From NCBI GenBank assembly GCA_036558005.1, contig DATBGO010000144.1, positions 12,004-76,003 on the forward strand: a stretch of DNA of 64,000 nucleotides. The letters are read 5' to 3'. Below, in pieces: positions 8,359 to 17,045 of the stretch. The notes below the pieces were generated by a model. The model did not search any database. It was not told the DNA's origin and worked only from the letters and a program-made list of their open reading frames with translations. The translations under genes and the position numbers were made by a program. Source of the DNA: Streptosporangiaceae bacterium (GTDB taxonomy: Bacteria; Actinomycetota; Actinomycetes; Streptosporangiales; Streptosporangiaceae). Numbering within the stretch: position 1 is the first letter of the stretch; each line of letters starts with the position of its first letter.

Positions 8359-8904
8359 ATGCTGGGGATCATGAAACGCCCGCCGGAGGTCCTCACCCAC
8401 GGGCCGGTGACCCTGCGGCGCTGGCGTGCGGCCGACACCGCGACCGTCACCGACCTGGTCCTGCGATCACAGCCACACCTGCGGCCGTGGCTGGCGTGGG
8501 CGGAGGACTACGGCCCCCAGGACGCCGCGCAGTTCATCGAGCAGTGCGAACAGGACTGGAACTCCGGGGCCGCGTTCAGCTACGCCATCACCTCAGGCGG
8601 GACCGCGGTGGGCGGCTGCGGGCTGATGGCCAGGATCGGGCCGGGCGGCCTGGAGATCGGCTACTGGGTGGATGCCGCGTACCTGCGCCAGGGGTTCGCC
8701 ACCGCGGCCGCCGCGGCGCTCGTCGAGGCCGCGTTCGCCCTGCCCAGGATCGATCGCGTGGAGATCGTGCACGACGAGGCGAACGTCGCGAGCAGCGGGG
8801 TGCCGCGCAAGCTCGGCTTTGCCGAGGCGGAGCGGCGGCCGAACGACGGCCCGCACACCCCCGGGGAGTCCGGCGTCGACGTCGTGTGGCGGATGACACG
8901 GTAA
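8359..8904 (+). CDS. GNAT N-acetyltransferase (RimJ/RimL-like)
   Basis: GPVTLRRWRAAD...YAITSGGTAVGGCGL...GYWVDAAYLRQGFATAAAAALVEAAF...RVEIVHDEANVASSGVPRKLGF. Start is ATG 8359 (alternative 8371); the upstream part of the track ORF overlaps the antisense gene. Confidence 0.8.
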   Translation: MLGIMKRPPEVLTHGPVTLRRWRAADTATVTDLVLRSQPHLRPWLAWAEDYGPQDAAQFIEQCEQDWNSGAAFSYAITSGGTAVGGCGLMARIGPGGLEIGYWVDAAYLRQGFATAAAAALVEAAFALPRIDRVEIVHDEANVASSGVPRKLGFAEAERRPNDGPHTPGESGVDVVWRMTR

Positions 8905-8966
8905 GTACGCGGAAGACCTGACATCCACGGCATCACGAGGCTGCCGCGCGGCGTTAGGCTCTGTTC

Positions 8967-9401
8967 ATGTCCAGCGTTCCGGCGAAGCCGCGGTGGCACT
9001 TCCTGTTCACCCCCAAGTGGCTGGGCTGGCATCTGTTCACCGTGCTGGCGGTGCTGGGCATGCTCTGGCTGGGTAGCTGGCAGTTCCACCGGGCCGAATC
9101 GGGCAACGCCCTGAGCTGGGCCTATACCTTCGAGTGGCCGATATTTGCCATCTTTGGGCTGGTCTTCTGGGCGAAGACGGTCCGGGACGAGTTCAAGCCG
9201 CCTGCCGACCCGGGAACGGCCGACGTGCCGCTGCCACCCGCCGTCGGTGCGCGGGCCGGGGACGGCGCCAGCTCCGTTAGCCAGGCTGGCCACGATGACG
9301 CGCTAGAAGCCGACGACCCGGAGCTTGCGGCCTATAACGCCTACCTGGCCCAGTTGAACGAGCAGGTCAAGGGGCACGGCAGGTGGCATGGCCTGCGCTA
9401 G
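8967..9401 (+). CDS. Small membrane protein, SURF1-like N-terminal region
   Basis: Two predicted TM helices (WLGWHLFTVLAVLGMLWLGSWQFHR; WPIFAIFGLVFWA) followed by an acidic tail. The LG.WQ..R motif resembles SURF1/Shy1-type proteins. Function is uncertain. Confidence 0.6.
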   Translation: MSSVPAKPRWHFLFTPKWLGWHLFTVLAVLGMLWLGSWQFHRAESGNALSWAYTFEWPIFAIFGLVFWAKTVRDEFKPPADPGTADVPLPPAVGARAGDGASSVSQAGHDDALEADDPELAAYNAYLAQLNEQVKGHGRWHGLR

Positions 9402-9462
9402 CCTGCGCACGACGGGGCCGGGCGGCTCCCTGATCAGCTGAAGAAAAAACCGAGGAGGCAGA

Positions 9463-9840
9463 GTGCGTGCAGAGACGCTCGCACGCGCGGTGCGCCGCTA
9501 CCGGATCATGGCTTACGTGACCGGTGTGGTGCTGGTGATCCTGTGTTTCGTGGGAATCCCGCTGCAGGTGTTCGCGAACAATCTCTTCGTCGTGAACTAT
9601 GTCGGCACCGCGCACGGGATCCTGTACATCATCTACCTGGGCACCGCGTACTGGATGACGCGGCTGGTCGGGATGAAGCTGGCCAGCCCGCAGACGGTGC
9701 TGGTGCTGCTGGCCGGGACGATCCCGGTGCTCACGTTCGTGGTGGAGCGCTGGGTGACCCGCCAGTACATCAACCCCGCCTTGGCCGCGGCGCGGGCCGG
9801 GACGGGGGCCGCGGTATCGCCGAGCACAGCGACCGGGTGA
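9463..9840 (+). CDS. DUF3817-type integral membrane protein
   Basis: YRIMAYVTGVVLVILCFVGIPLQ...GTAHGILYIIYL...LAGTIPVLTFVVERWV has the pattern of the DUF3817 family. GTG start at 9463 follows GAGGAGG. Confidence 0.7.
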   Translation: MRAETLARAVRRYRIMAYVTGVVLVILCFVGIPLQVFANNLFVVNYVGTAHGILYIIYLGTAYWMTRLVGMKLASPQTVLVLLAGTIPVLTFVVERWVTRQYINPALAAARAGTGAAVSPSTATG

Positions 9841-10457
9841 GCCAGCACTACTTCACCGAGCGCCCGGCTGCGCGCCAGCGCCCGGGCTCCGTGCACGTCG
9901 TGCTGCCCGACCTGCACCTGGAGCTGGAGACCGATGCCGGGGTGTTCTCACCGTCTCGGCTGGATGCGGGCACCCGGCTGCTGCTGGAGACCGCACCGCC
10001 CCCGCCCGCCGCGGGCAACCTGCTTGACCTTGGTTGCGGTTACGGCCCGCTGGCGCTGGTGCTGGCCACCCGCGCCCCCGGCGCTCAGGTCTGGGCCGTC
10101 GACGTGAACCACCGGGCCCTGGAGCTCTGCGCCAGGAACGCGGAACGGGCGGGCCTGCCGAACGTCCGGTGCGTCCCGCCCGATGACGCCCTGGTGCCCG
10201 GCTCGTTCCGGCTCATCTGGTCGAACCCGCCGATCAGGATCGGCAAGACGGCGCTGCACGCGCTGCTCACGGCCTGGCTGGCCCGCCTGGAGCCGGCCGG
10301 GGCCGCCTATCTGGTGGTGCAGCGCCACCTGGGCTCCGACTCGCTGCAACGCTGGCTGGAGGAGTCCGGGTGGCCGGCCAAGCGGATCGCCGCCCGGGCC
10401 GGGTACCGCGTGCTGAGGGTCGGCATGGCGGACCAGGCAGGCGGTGCGGGCGGGTGA
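9837..10457 (+). CDS. Class I SAM-dependent methyltransferase (RsmC/RsmD-like)
   Basis: HYFTERP...GVFSPSRLDAGTRLLLE...LLDLGCGYGPLALVLA...WSNPPIRIGK (SAM motif I plus NPPxR/H motif). GTG 9837 overlaps the upstream stop as GTGA. Confidence 0.8.
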   Translation: MSQHYFTERPAARQRPGSVHVVLPDLHLELETDAGVFSPSRLDAGTRLLLETAPPPPAAGNLLDLGCGYGPLALVLATRAPGAQVWAVDVNHRALELCARNAERAGLPNVRCVPPDDALVPGSFRLIWSNPPIRIGKTALHALLTAWLARLEPAGAAYLVVQRHLGSDSLQRWLEESGWPAKRIAARAGYRVLRVGMADQAGGAGG

Positions 10458-11014
10458 CCACGCAGCCGCGGCCCAGGACGCCGGGACCGCGGGCGCTGGG
10501 GCCAACCGAGGTCAAGCGCCTGAACCGGTCCTGGCGCCAGCAGGCCCAGGCCCGGGTGGGGCTGCTGCTCGACTCGGTCAGCCAGCCGTTCAACGTGGGC
10601 TCGATCATCAGGACAGCGGCGGCGTTCGGGGTGGAGCGGGTCTGGCTGTGCGGCGACACCGCCCCGCCGGAGCATCCCCAGGCCCGCAGGACCGCCCTGG
10701 GCACCGGCCGCCTGGTCACGTTCGACCGCGAGCCAGGCAGCGCCGAGGCCGTGGGCGCCGCCCGCGCGGCCGGGCTCCGGGTGGTCGCGATCGAGCTGGC
10801 CCAGGACGCGATCCCGCTGCACGAGGCGCCGCTGGGGGACGATGTCTGCCTGGCCCTGGGCCACGAGGACCGCGGCTGCTCCCCCGCGCTGCTCAGCGCC
10901 GCCGACGTGATCGCCTACATACCGCAGCTGGGCCGGGTGGGCTCGCTGAACGTCGCCGCCGCGGCCGCGATCGCGCTGGCCGAGACACGCCGGAGGGAGT
11001 GGCAGCGCGGCTGA
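10454..11014 (+). CDS. SpoU/TrmH-family RNA 2'-O-methyltransferase
   Basis: SQPFNVGSIIRTAAAFG, LALGHEDRGCS, IPQLGRVGSLNVAAAAAIAL are SpoU motifs 1-3. GTG 10454 overlaps the upstream stop as GTGA. Confidence 0.85.
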   Translation: MTTQPRPRTPGPRALGPTEVKRLNRSWRQQAQARVGLLLDSVSQPFNVGSIIRTAAAFGVERVWLCGDTAPPEHPQARRTALGTGRLVTFDREPGSAEAVGAARAAGLRVVAIELAQDAIPLHEAPLGDDVCLALGHEDRGCSPALLSAADVIAYIPQLGRVGSLNVAAAAAIALAETRRREWQRG

Positions 11015-11071
11015 CCGGCTGGCGTGTTGTGGGCAGTGAAGGGGAATGGCGGGGTGGGCTTCTGCATACTG

Positions 11072-11839
11072 ATGGCTGTGCGTGACTTCCTCGGCTTGCC
11101 GCGCCCGCTCGCGTTCGCGCACCGCGGCGGCGCCGCGCACCACCCGGAGAACTCCTGGCGTGCGTTCGAGCACGCGATCGGCCTCGGCTACACCTACCTC
11201 GAGACCGACCTGCAGGCGACCGCCGACGGGGTGCTGGTGGCGTTCCACGACCGGAGCCTGGACCGGGTCACCGACCGGGCCGGCCGGATCGCCCAGCTGC
11301 CGTACCGCGAGGTCAGCGCCGCGCGTATCGGTGGCACCGACCCGATCCCGACGCTCGAGGACCTGCTCGGCACGTGGCCGGAGGCCCGGTTCAACCTCGA
11401 CCTGAAGGACGACCCTGCGATCCGGCCGCTGCCTGAGGTGCTCAGGCGGACCGCGGCCTGGGACCGGGTCTGCCTCACCTCGTTCTCCGCCCGGCGGCTC
11501 GCGGCGGTGCGGCGGCAGCTGCCCAGGCCGGTCTGCATGGCCACCTCCCCGGTCGGCGTGGCGGCCGTGCGGCTGGGCCGGCCGGGGCGCGGCCTGGCCG
11601 CCCGGCTGAGCAGGCTGTCGGTGCGCTGCACCCAGGTCCCGGTCAGCGTCGCGACCGAGTCCTATGTGCGCCGCGCGCACGCGGTGGGCCTGCAGGTACA
11701 CGTGTGGACGATCAACGACCGCAGCGTCATGGCCAATCTGCTTGATCTTGGCGTCGACGGCATCATGACCGATGAGATCGAGGCGCTCCGTGACGTGCTG
11801 GCCGCCCGCGGTCAGTGGCATCCGCGGGCCGCGCGGTAG
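11072..11839 (+). CDS. Glycerophosphodiester phosphodiesterase
   Basis: PLAFAHRGGAAHHPENSWRAFEHAIGLGYTYLETDLQATADGVLVAFHD...VHVWTIND...GVDGIMTD are GDPD family motifs. Confidence 0.85.
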   Translation: MAVRDFLGLPRPLAFAHRGGAAHHPENSWRAFEHAIGLGYTYLETDLQATADGVLVAFHDRSLDRVTDRAGRIAQLPYREVSAARIGGTDPIPTLEDLLGTWPEARFNLDLKDDPAIRPLPEVLRRTAAWDRVCLTSFSARRLAAVRRQLPRPVCMATSPVGVAAVRLGRPGRGLAARLSRLSVRCTQVPVSVATESYVRRAHAVGLQVHVWTINDRSVMANLLDLGVDGIMTDEIEALRDVLAARGQWHPRAAR

Positions 11840-11890
11840 CTTATTTATGCAATCGTCAGTGCCTGCTGGGGTTGGAATCCCGGCTGGCCG

Positions 11891-11917
11891 GGAATCTTGT
11901 CCGGGTACTCACCGTTG
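11891..11917 (+). promoter_or_regulatory. SigR/SigH-type (ECF, thiol-stress) promoter upstream of rbpA
   Basis: GGAAT (11891-11895), exactly 18 nt, then GTTG (11914-11917), 39 nt upstream of the rbpA ATG. This matches the published GGAAT-N18-GTT consensus. Confidence 0.6.
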
Positions 11918-11955
11918 TCTATGGGGACGGCTGAGCGCCTGGGAGGCAGCAAATC

Positions 11956-12342
11956 ATGGCCGAACGCGCACTACGCGGCACCCGGCTCGGAGCCACGAGC
12001 TACGAGAACGACCGTAACACCGATCTGGCCCCGCGTCAGGAGGTGGCCTTCGACTGCCCGAAGGGCCACCGCTTCACCGTGCCGTTCGCTGCCGAGGCAG
12101 AGATCCCGGTGAACTGGGAATGCCGGGTCTGCGGCGCGACCGCGGTGACCTCGACCGGGGACCTGCCCGAGCCCAAGAAGGTCAAGCCGCCGCGCAGCCA
12201 CTGGGACATGCTGATGGAGCGGCGCAGCGTCGCCGACCTGGAAGAGGTTCTGGCTGAGCGTCTCGCCGTGATCAGGGGCCAGCGCGGGACCGGCGCCGAG
12301 CGGCCCGGCTCGCACTCGTCACGCCAGCGCAAGAGCGCCTAG
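11956..12342 (+). CDS. rbpA: RNA polymerase-binding protein RbpA
   Basis: MAERALRGTRLGATSYENDRNTDLAPRQEVAFDCPKGHRFTVPFAAEAEIPVNWECRVCG...RSHWDMLMERRS is an unmistakable RbpA pattern. A GGGAGG RBS is present. Confidence 0.95.
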   Translation: MAERALRGTRLGATSYENDRNTDLAPRQEVAFDCPKGHRFTVPFAAEAEIPVNWECRVCGATAVTSTGDLPEPKKVKPPRSHWDMLMERRSVADLEEVLAERLAVIRGQRGTGAERPGSHSSRQRKSA

Positions 12343-12396
12343 GGCCACTCAGCAAGCGACCGGGTGGCGCGGAACGCCCTGGTCCCTCGCCGCTGC

Positions 12397-13182
12397 CTAC
12401 GTACCGGGCCCGGATGCCTGCTGGCCGCCTGGCGGCCGCCGTCCGTGCAGGCGCTGCGCCACTCCCCACTGAGCCACCCGCCAGAACGCCTCCAGCATGA
12501 CGGCGCGGCTCATCTTGCTCGCGCCCTTCATCCGGTCCACGAACGTGATGGGGACCTCGACCACGGTCAGGCCCGCGTTGACCGCCCGCAAGGTGAGATC
12601 GATCTGGAAGCAGTACCCCTGGGACCGGACGCTGTCCAGGCCGATCGCGCGCAGCGTCTGCGCCCGGTAGGCACGGAAGCCGGCGGTGGTGTCGTGGACC
12701 GGGAGGCTGAGCATGAGCCGGGCGTAGGTGTTGGCCCCGCGGGACAGCGCCTCCCTGGACTTGGGCCAGTTGCGTACCGTGCCCCCGGCCACCCAGCGTG
12801 AGCCGATGACCGCGTCGGCGTCCTGCAGCGCGGCCAGCAGCCGGGGCAGGTCCTGGGGCTCATGCGAGCCGTCGGCATCCATCTCCACCATCGCGTCGTA
12901 ACCGCGGTCCAGGGCCCAGCCGAAGCCCGCGATGTAGGCGGCGCCGAGGCCCGCCTTCCCCGGCCGGTGCAAGACGTGGATCTGCGGGTCGCCCGCGGCC
13001 AGCTTGTCGGCCAGCTCGCCGGTCCCATCCGGGCTGTTGTCGTCGACGATCAGCAGGTCAGCCTCGGGGAGCGAGCCGCGCACCCGGACGGTGATCGGCT
13101 CCAGGTTCTCCCGCTCGTTGTACGTGGGGATGATGACGGCCACCCGGTTTACCGGGCCCCGGGATGGGTCGGTTTCGGTCAT
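12397..13182 (-). CDS. ppm1: Polyprenol-phosphate mannose synthase (GT2, DPM1-like)
   Basis: VAVIIPTYNERENL, LIVDDNSPDGTG, MDADGSHEP, and position next to rbpA as in mycobacteria. Confidence 0.85.
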   Translation of the reverse strand: MTETDPSRGPVNRVAVIIPTYNERENLEPITVRVRGSLPEADLLIVDDNSPDGTGELADKLAAGDPQIHVLHRPGKAGLGAAYIAGFGWALDRGYDAMVEMDADGSHEPQDLPRLLAALQDADAVIGSRWVAGGTVRNWPKSREALSRGANTYARLMLSLPVHDTTAGFRAYRAQTLRAIGLDSVRSQGYCFQIDLTLRAVNAGLTVVEVPITFVDRMKGASKMSRAVMLEAFWRVAQWGVAQRLHGRRPPGGQQASGPGT

Positions 13183-13741
13183 GTTCCTGCCTCAGCTGGC
13201 CTGCTTCCGGAAGCGGGGCGAAGAGGGATCCCGCCGGTCGAAAAGGATATTCGATCCCGTGACCCGGGCGACCCCCCGCTTCGGCGCTGACCGCACCACC
13301 TGGCTGTGACCCTCAGCAGGGAAGAGGGCCCGGGCATCCCTTCGGACCGGAGTGCGTCCCGTCGGCAACGGGCTTGCCCTCCGTTGTCTACTGGGTGCCC
13401 GGGCCCCTCCCCGGGTCCAACCCCCTGCCCAACCGGGTCCTGAGGAGCAGCCCCCTTCCACGCTGCGCCTGGCTCCCAGAGGGGTGTATGAGCCCCCTCT
13501 GTTGACACAACACGGTCGGGGCGGCTCACCGCCCCGGCCGGCTGGCCCGGTGCTGGACTGAGAGCAACATACCGTTGATCGCGACGATGTCAACCTGTCA
13601 CAGAACTGCTGCCTACACGCAGTGACCGCACAGGGCTGGCCTGTTCGCCCTTGTCCGGCGGCGATACGATTGAGCCCTTGTTTGGGTGCGTCGGCAGCCC
13701 CATCCGCTTTGCCGGATTGATCTTCCATCTGGAGGAAGAGA

Positions 13742-15853
13742 ATGACAGAGAGCTCGCAGACACCGGTGTCCGAGGCGCAGATCGCAGTCCACTGGCGCGA
13801 GGAAGGTTATCTTGCACCACCACAGAAGTTCATCGATCAGGCGAACGCCGCTGACGACGCAATCTACGCGCGGTTTGGTGAAGAGAATTTCCCTGAGTGC
13901 TTCAAGGACTACGCTGACCTCCTGAGCTGGGACGCGCCCTGGCACACCACGCTGGACACCAGCAACCCGCCGTTCTGGAAGTGGTTTGTCGGCGGCAAGC
14001 TGAATGCCTCCTATAACTGCGTGGACCGGCATGCTGCCGCCAACCCGGATAAAACCGCAATGGTCTTCGTGCCGGAGCTCGAAGAAGACGCCCACGTGCA
14101 CATCAGCTATTCGGAGTTGCTCCGCCAGGTGAATGAGTTCGCTGCCGTACTGCGGGACTCGCTGGGCCTGAAAACCGGCGACCGGGTCACCCTGCACATG
14201 CCGATGGTTCCCGAACTGCCGGTCACGATGCTGGCCTGCGCACGGCTCGGGGTCATTCACTCGCAGGTATTCGGCGGCTTCAGCGGGAATGCCTGCGGCA
14301 CCCGCATAGCGGACTCGGGCAGCCGGGTGCTGATCACGATGGACGGCTACTACCGCAGCGGCAAGCTCATCGATCACAAGGTGAAGGCCGACGAGGCCGT
14401 CGAAGAGGCGGCCAAGCAGGGCCAGGAGGTCGACAAGGTCCTCGTGTGGCGCCGTCATCCGGGCCAGTACGCGTCGGAGACGCCCATGGTCGACGGCCGG
14501 GACGTGTACGTGGATGACCTGCTCAGCGAGCATAAGGGGGCGACCGTCGCGCCGGTGTCCATGCCCGCGGAGGCGCCGCTGTTCCTGATGTACACCAGCG
14601 GCACGACCGGCCGGCCCAAGGGCTGCCAGCACTCCACCGGTGGTTACCTGTCCTATGTGGCCGGTACGTCCAAGTACTACCAGGACATCCACCCGGACGA
14701 CGTGTACTGGTGCATGGCCGACATCGGCTGGATCACCGGGCATTCCTACATCGTCTACGGCCCGCTGGCGCTGGGCACCACCAGCGTGATCTACGAGGGC
14801 ACGCCGAACTACCCGGACGCGGGCCGGCCGTGGCGGATCGCCGAGCAGCTCGGCGTGAACATCTTCCACACCTCGCCGACCGCGATCCGGATGCTGCGCA
14901 AGGTCGGGCCGGACGAGCCGAAGAAGTACAACTACCACTTCAAGCACATGACCACGGTCGGCGAGCCGATCGAGCCCGAGGTCTGGCGCTGGTACCACTC
15001 CGAGGTCGGCAAGGGCGAAGCGGTCATCGTGGACACCTGGTGGCAGACCGAGACCGGCGGCTTCCTGGGCAGCACGCTGCCCGCGCTCAAGCCGATGAAG
15101 CCGGGCAGCTGCGGGCCGGCCGCGCTGGGCATCTACCCGGTGATCTACGACGAGGACGGCAACGAGGTGGCGGCCGGCAGCGGCCGCGCGGGCAACATCT
15201 GCATCCGCAACCCGTGGCCGGGGATCTTCGAGGGCGTCTGGGGCCAGCCCGAGCGGTTCGTGGACACCTACTACCGCAAGTACAACAAGGACCCCGACAG
15301 CACCGACTGGCACGACTGGCCGTACTTCGCCGGCGACGGCGCGGTGCAGGCGGCCGACGGCTACTTCCGGATCCTGGGCCGGGTCGACGACGTGATCAAC
15401 GTGGCCGGGCACCGGCTGGGCACCAAGGAGCTGGAGTCGGCGAGCCTGACCGTGCCCGAGGTCGCCGAGGCGGCCGCGGTCCCGGTGGTCGACGACATCC
15501 GCGGCCGTGCGGTGGAGATGTACATCTCGCTCAAGCCCGGCTTCGATCCGGGCAAGGACGTGGAAGCCAAGATCACCAAGGCCATCGAGACCGAGATCGG
15601 CAAGATCGCCCGGCCGAAGAATGTCTGGATCGTGGCGGATATGCCCAAGACCAGGTCGGGCAAGATCATGCGCCGGGTGATCGCGTCCATCTCCAACTTC
15701 ACCGACGTCGGGGACGTGACCACGCTGGCCAACCCGGAGGTCGTCGACAGCATCAGGCAGCACGTGCAGGGCGCGAAGGCGGAGAAGGGCGAGGTGCCGC
15801 GCGAGCTGACCGAGACCGAGCAGCAGGAGATCAAGAAGTTCGGGGCGGAGTAG
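13742..15853 (+). CDS. acs: Acetyl-CoA synthetase family (AMP-forming acyl-CoA ligase), long form
   Basis: LNASYNCVDRH, AMP-binding motif YTSGTTGRPKG, WWQTETGG, C-terminal RSGKIMRR. GGAGGAAGAGA precedes the ATG. 703 aa with a charged C-terminal tail. Confidence 0.85.
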   Translation: MTESSQTPVSEAQIAVHWREEGYLAPPQKFIDQANAADDAIYARFGEENFPECFKDYADLLSWDAPWHTTLDTSNPPFWKWFVGGKLNASYNCVDRHAAANPDKTAMVFVPELEEDAHVHISYSELLRQVNEFAAVLRDSLGLKTGDRVTLHMPMVPELPVTMLACARLGVIHSQVFGGFSGNACGTRIADSGSRVLITMDGYYRSGKLIDHKVKADEAVEEAAKQGQEVDKVLVWRRHPGQYASETPMVDGRDVYVDDLLSEHKGATVAPVSMPAEAPLFLMYTSGTTGRPKGCQHSTGGYLSYVAGTSKYYQDIHPDDVYWCMADIGWITGHSYIVYGPLALGTTSVIYEGTPNYPDAGRPWRIAEQLGVNIFHTSPTAIRMLRKVGPDEPKKYNYHFKHMTTVGEPIEPEVWRWYHSEVGKGEAVIVDTWWQTETGGFLGSTLPALKPMKPGSCGPAALGIYPVIYDEDGNEVAAGSGRAGNICIRNPWPGIFEGVWGQPERFVDTYYRKYNKDPDSTDWHDWPYFAGDGAVQAADGYFRILGRVDDVINVAGHRLGTKELESASLTVPEVAEAAAVPVVDDIRGRAVEMYISLKPGFDPGKDVEAKITKAIETEIGKIARPKNVWIVADMPKTRSGKIMRRVIASISNFTDVGDVTTLANPEVVDSIRQHVQGAKAEKGEVPRELTETEQQEIKKFGAE

Positions 15854-16562
15854 CGCAGCCGGGCGCCCGCCCGGCGGCCCGCCGGCTTAACCGGGCGGGC
15901 GGCAGCGGGGCGGGCGGCGCCGCCGCCGACCGGCACCGCCCGGCCCGGCTGGCGCTGGCACTGAGCTGGTAGGCGCGGGCCACGTTGGCGTTGACCGCGG
16001 CGATGCGGCCGCTGGCCAGCCTCAGCACGGCGCCGATCCTGGCCCTGGCGCTGGCGATCTTGTGCCGTACCAGGGCCGGCCCTGGCTGGCCGCCGCCCCC
16101 GGCGTAGCCGGGCTTGGCGCGCCGCACCGCCGCGAGCCGGCCCTCCAGGCCGGCCACCGCGCGGCGCAGCGCCGCCAGGTACCTGCGCAGCGCGCGGGCG
16201 TCGGCGGCCATCCCCGACCGGTACGCGCTGACCCCGGTGGCGTCCGAGCTGACCTGGACCGCGTAGCCGCAGACGGTGTCCCTGCCGGCGCCCCGGCGGG
16301 CCCGTTCCAGCGTCCGGCGGGCGTCCCCGCGGGTGCGTTCCAGCGCGGCCGCGGACAGGCCCGCGGCCTGTGTCATCGCGGCCAGTTCCCCGCTCACCAC
16401 CCGCCGGGCCTGGCGCACCGTCACCGCCGCGGGGGCCAGCCCGGCCGCCGGGTGGCCGGGCCGGGCGGCGGTGGCCTGGCCGGGCCCGGCGCAGCCCGCG
16501 GTCACCCCCGAGGCGGCCAGCGCCAGCACCGACACCCACCGGCGACCGCGCAGCGTTCCCAC
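15831..16562 (-). CDS. Putative secreted lipoprotein (Ala/Arg-rich, coiled segments)
   Basis: N-terminus MGTLRGRRWVSVLALAASGVTAGC has a basic n-region, a hydrophobic core and a lipobox-like TAGC. The 3' end overlaps the acs 3' end by 23 nt. Family unknown. Confidence 0.45.
   Translation of the reverse strand: MGTLRGRRWVSVLALAASGVTAGCAGPGQATAARPGHPAAGLAPAAVTVRQARRVVSGELAAMTQAAGLSAAALERTRGDARRTLERARRGAGRDTVCGYAVQVSSDATGVSAYRSGMAADARALRRYLAALRRAVAGLEGRLAAVRRAKPGYAGGGGQPGPALVRHKIASARARIGAVLRLASGRIAAVNANVARAYQLSASASRAGRCRSAAAPPAPLPPARLSRRAAGRAPGCATPPRTS
15865..15900 (+). terminator. GC-rich hairpin 12 nt after the acs stop (possible T-tract-less terminator)
   Basis: GCCCGCCCGG (15865-15874) pairs perfectly with CCGGGCGGGC (15891-15900). 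The loop is 16 nt and there is no U-tract. Confidence 0.3.
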
Positions 16563-16649
16563 CCCCGGGCCGCGACCGCCGCGCTACCCCCGGCGCGGGA
16601 CATGCCCGTCGCGGCCATCCGACCGGTAACTACCCAGCCGCGCCCCCGG

Positions 16650-17045
16650 TCACCCGCCCGGCGGCGGGACGACCACGGTCCCCGCGGCGGTCACCGCCAC
16701 GATGGGGTCGGCGAGCACCCGGGCCGCGGACGGGCCGCGGCCGGGCTCGCCGCGGCAGACCACCCGGGCCTCGAAGGCCAGGTCCCGGCTGCGGCGGCCG
16801 ACCCTGGTGACGGTGGCGGTCACCTCCAGCACGTCACCGGCCCGCACCGGGGCGCGGAACTGGACGTCGGAGTAGGACGCGAACAGGCCCTCGTCGCCGT
16901 CGGCCCGGATGCACGCCTCGGTCGCCACGTCGCCGAACAGGGCGAGCACGTACGCGCCGTCGACCAGGCTGCCCGCGTAGTGGGCGTGGCTGTAGGGGAC
17001 GTACCGGCGGTGGGTGACCGCCAGGCCGGGCCGCGGGCCGGTCAT
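16650..17045 (-). CDS. kal: Hotdog-fold protein resembling 3-aminobutyryl-CoA ammonia-lyase (Kal)
   Basis: HAHYAGSLVDGAYVLALFGDVATEACIRADGDEGLFASYSDVQFRAPVRAGD matches my recollection of the Kal signature (AHYGG.LVDGA...FGDVATE...GDEGL). ATGA overlap with the kamE stop. Confidence 0.65.
   Translation of the reverse strand: MTGPRPGLAVTHRRYVPYSHAHYAGSLVDGAYVLALFGDVATEACIRADGDEGLFASYSDVQFRAPVRAGDVLEVTATVTRVGRRSRDLAFEARVVCRGEPGRGPSAARVLADPIVAVTAAGTVVVPPPGG

Noticed and set aside
12343-12396. Intrinsic terminator between convergent rbpA and ppm1.
   Set aside because: Only a 4-bp GGCG/CGCC stem is present, with no convincing hairpin or U-tract.
13183-13741. Possible RNase P RNA, tmRNA, SRP RNA or a tRNA remnant in the long ppm1/acs intergenic region, for example the T-loop-like TTCGATCCC at 13250-13258.
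   Set aside because: I looked on both strands for the conserved cores: GGAAAGTCCGG and ACAGAACCCGGCTTA for RNase P, the tRNA-like ends of tmRNA, and the GGAAGCAGCC-type SRP motif. None is present. The T-loop-like string has no matching T-stem or acceptor stem.
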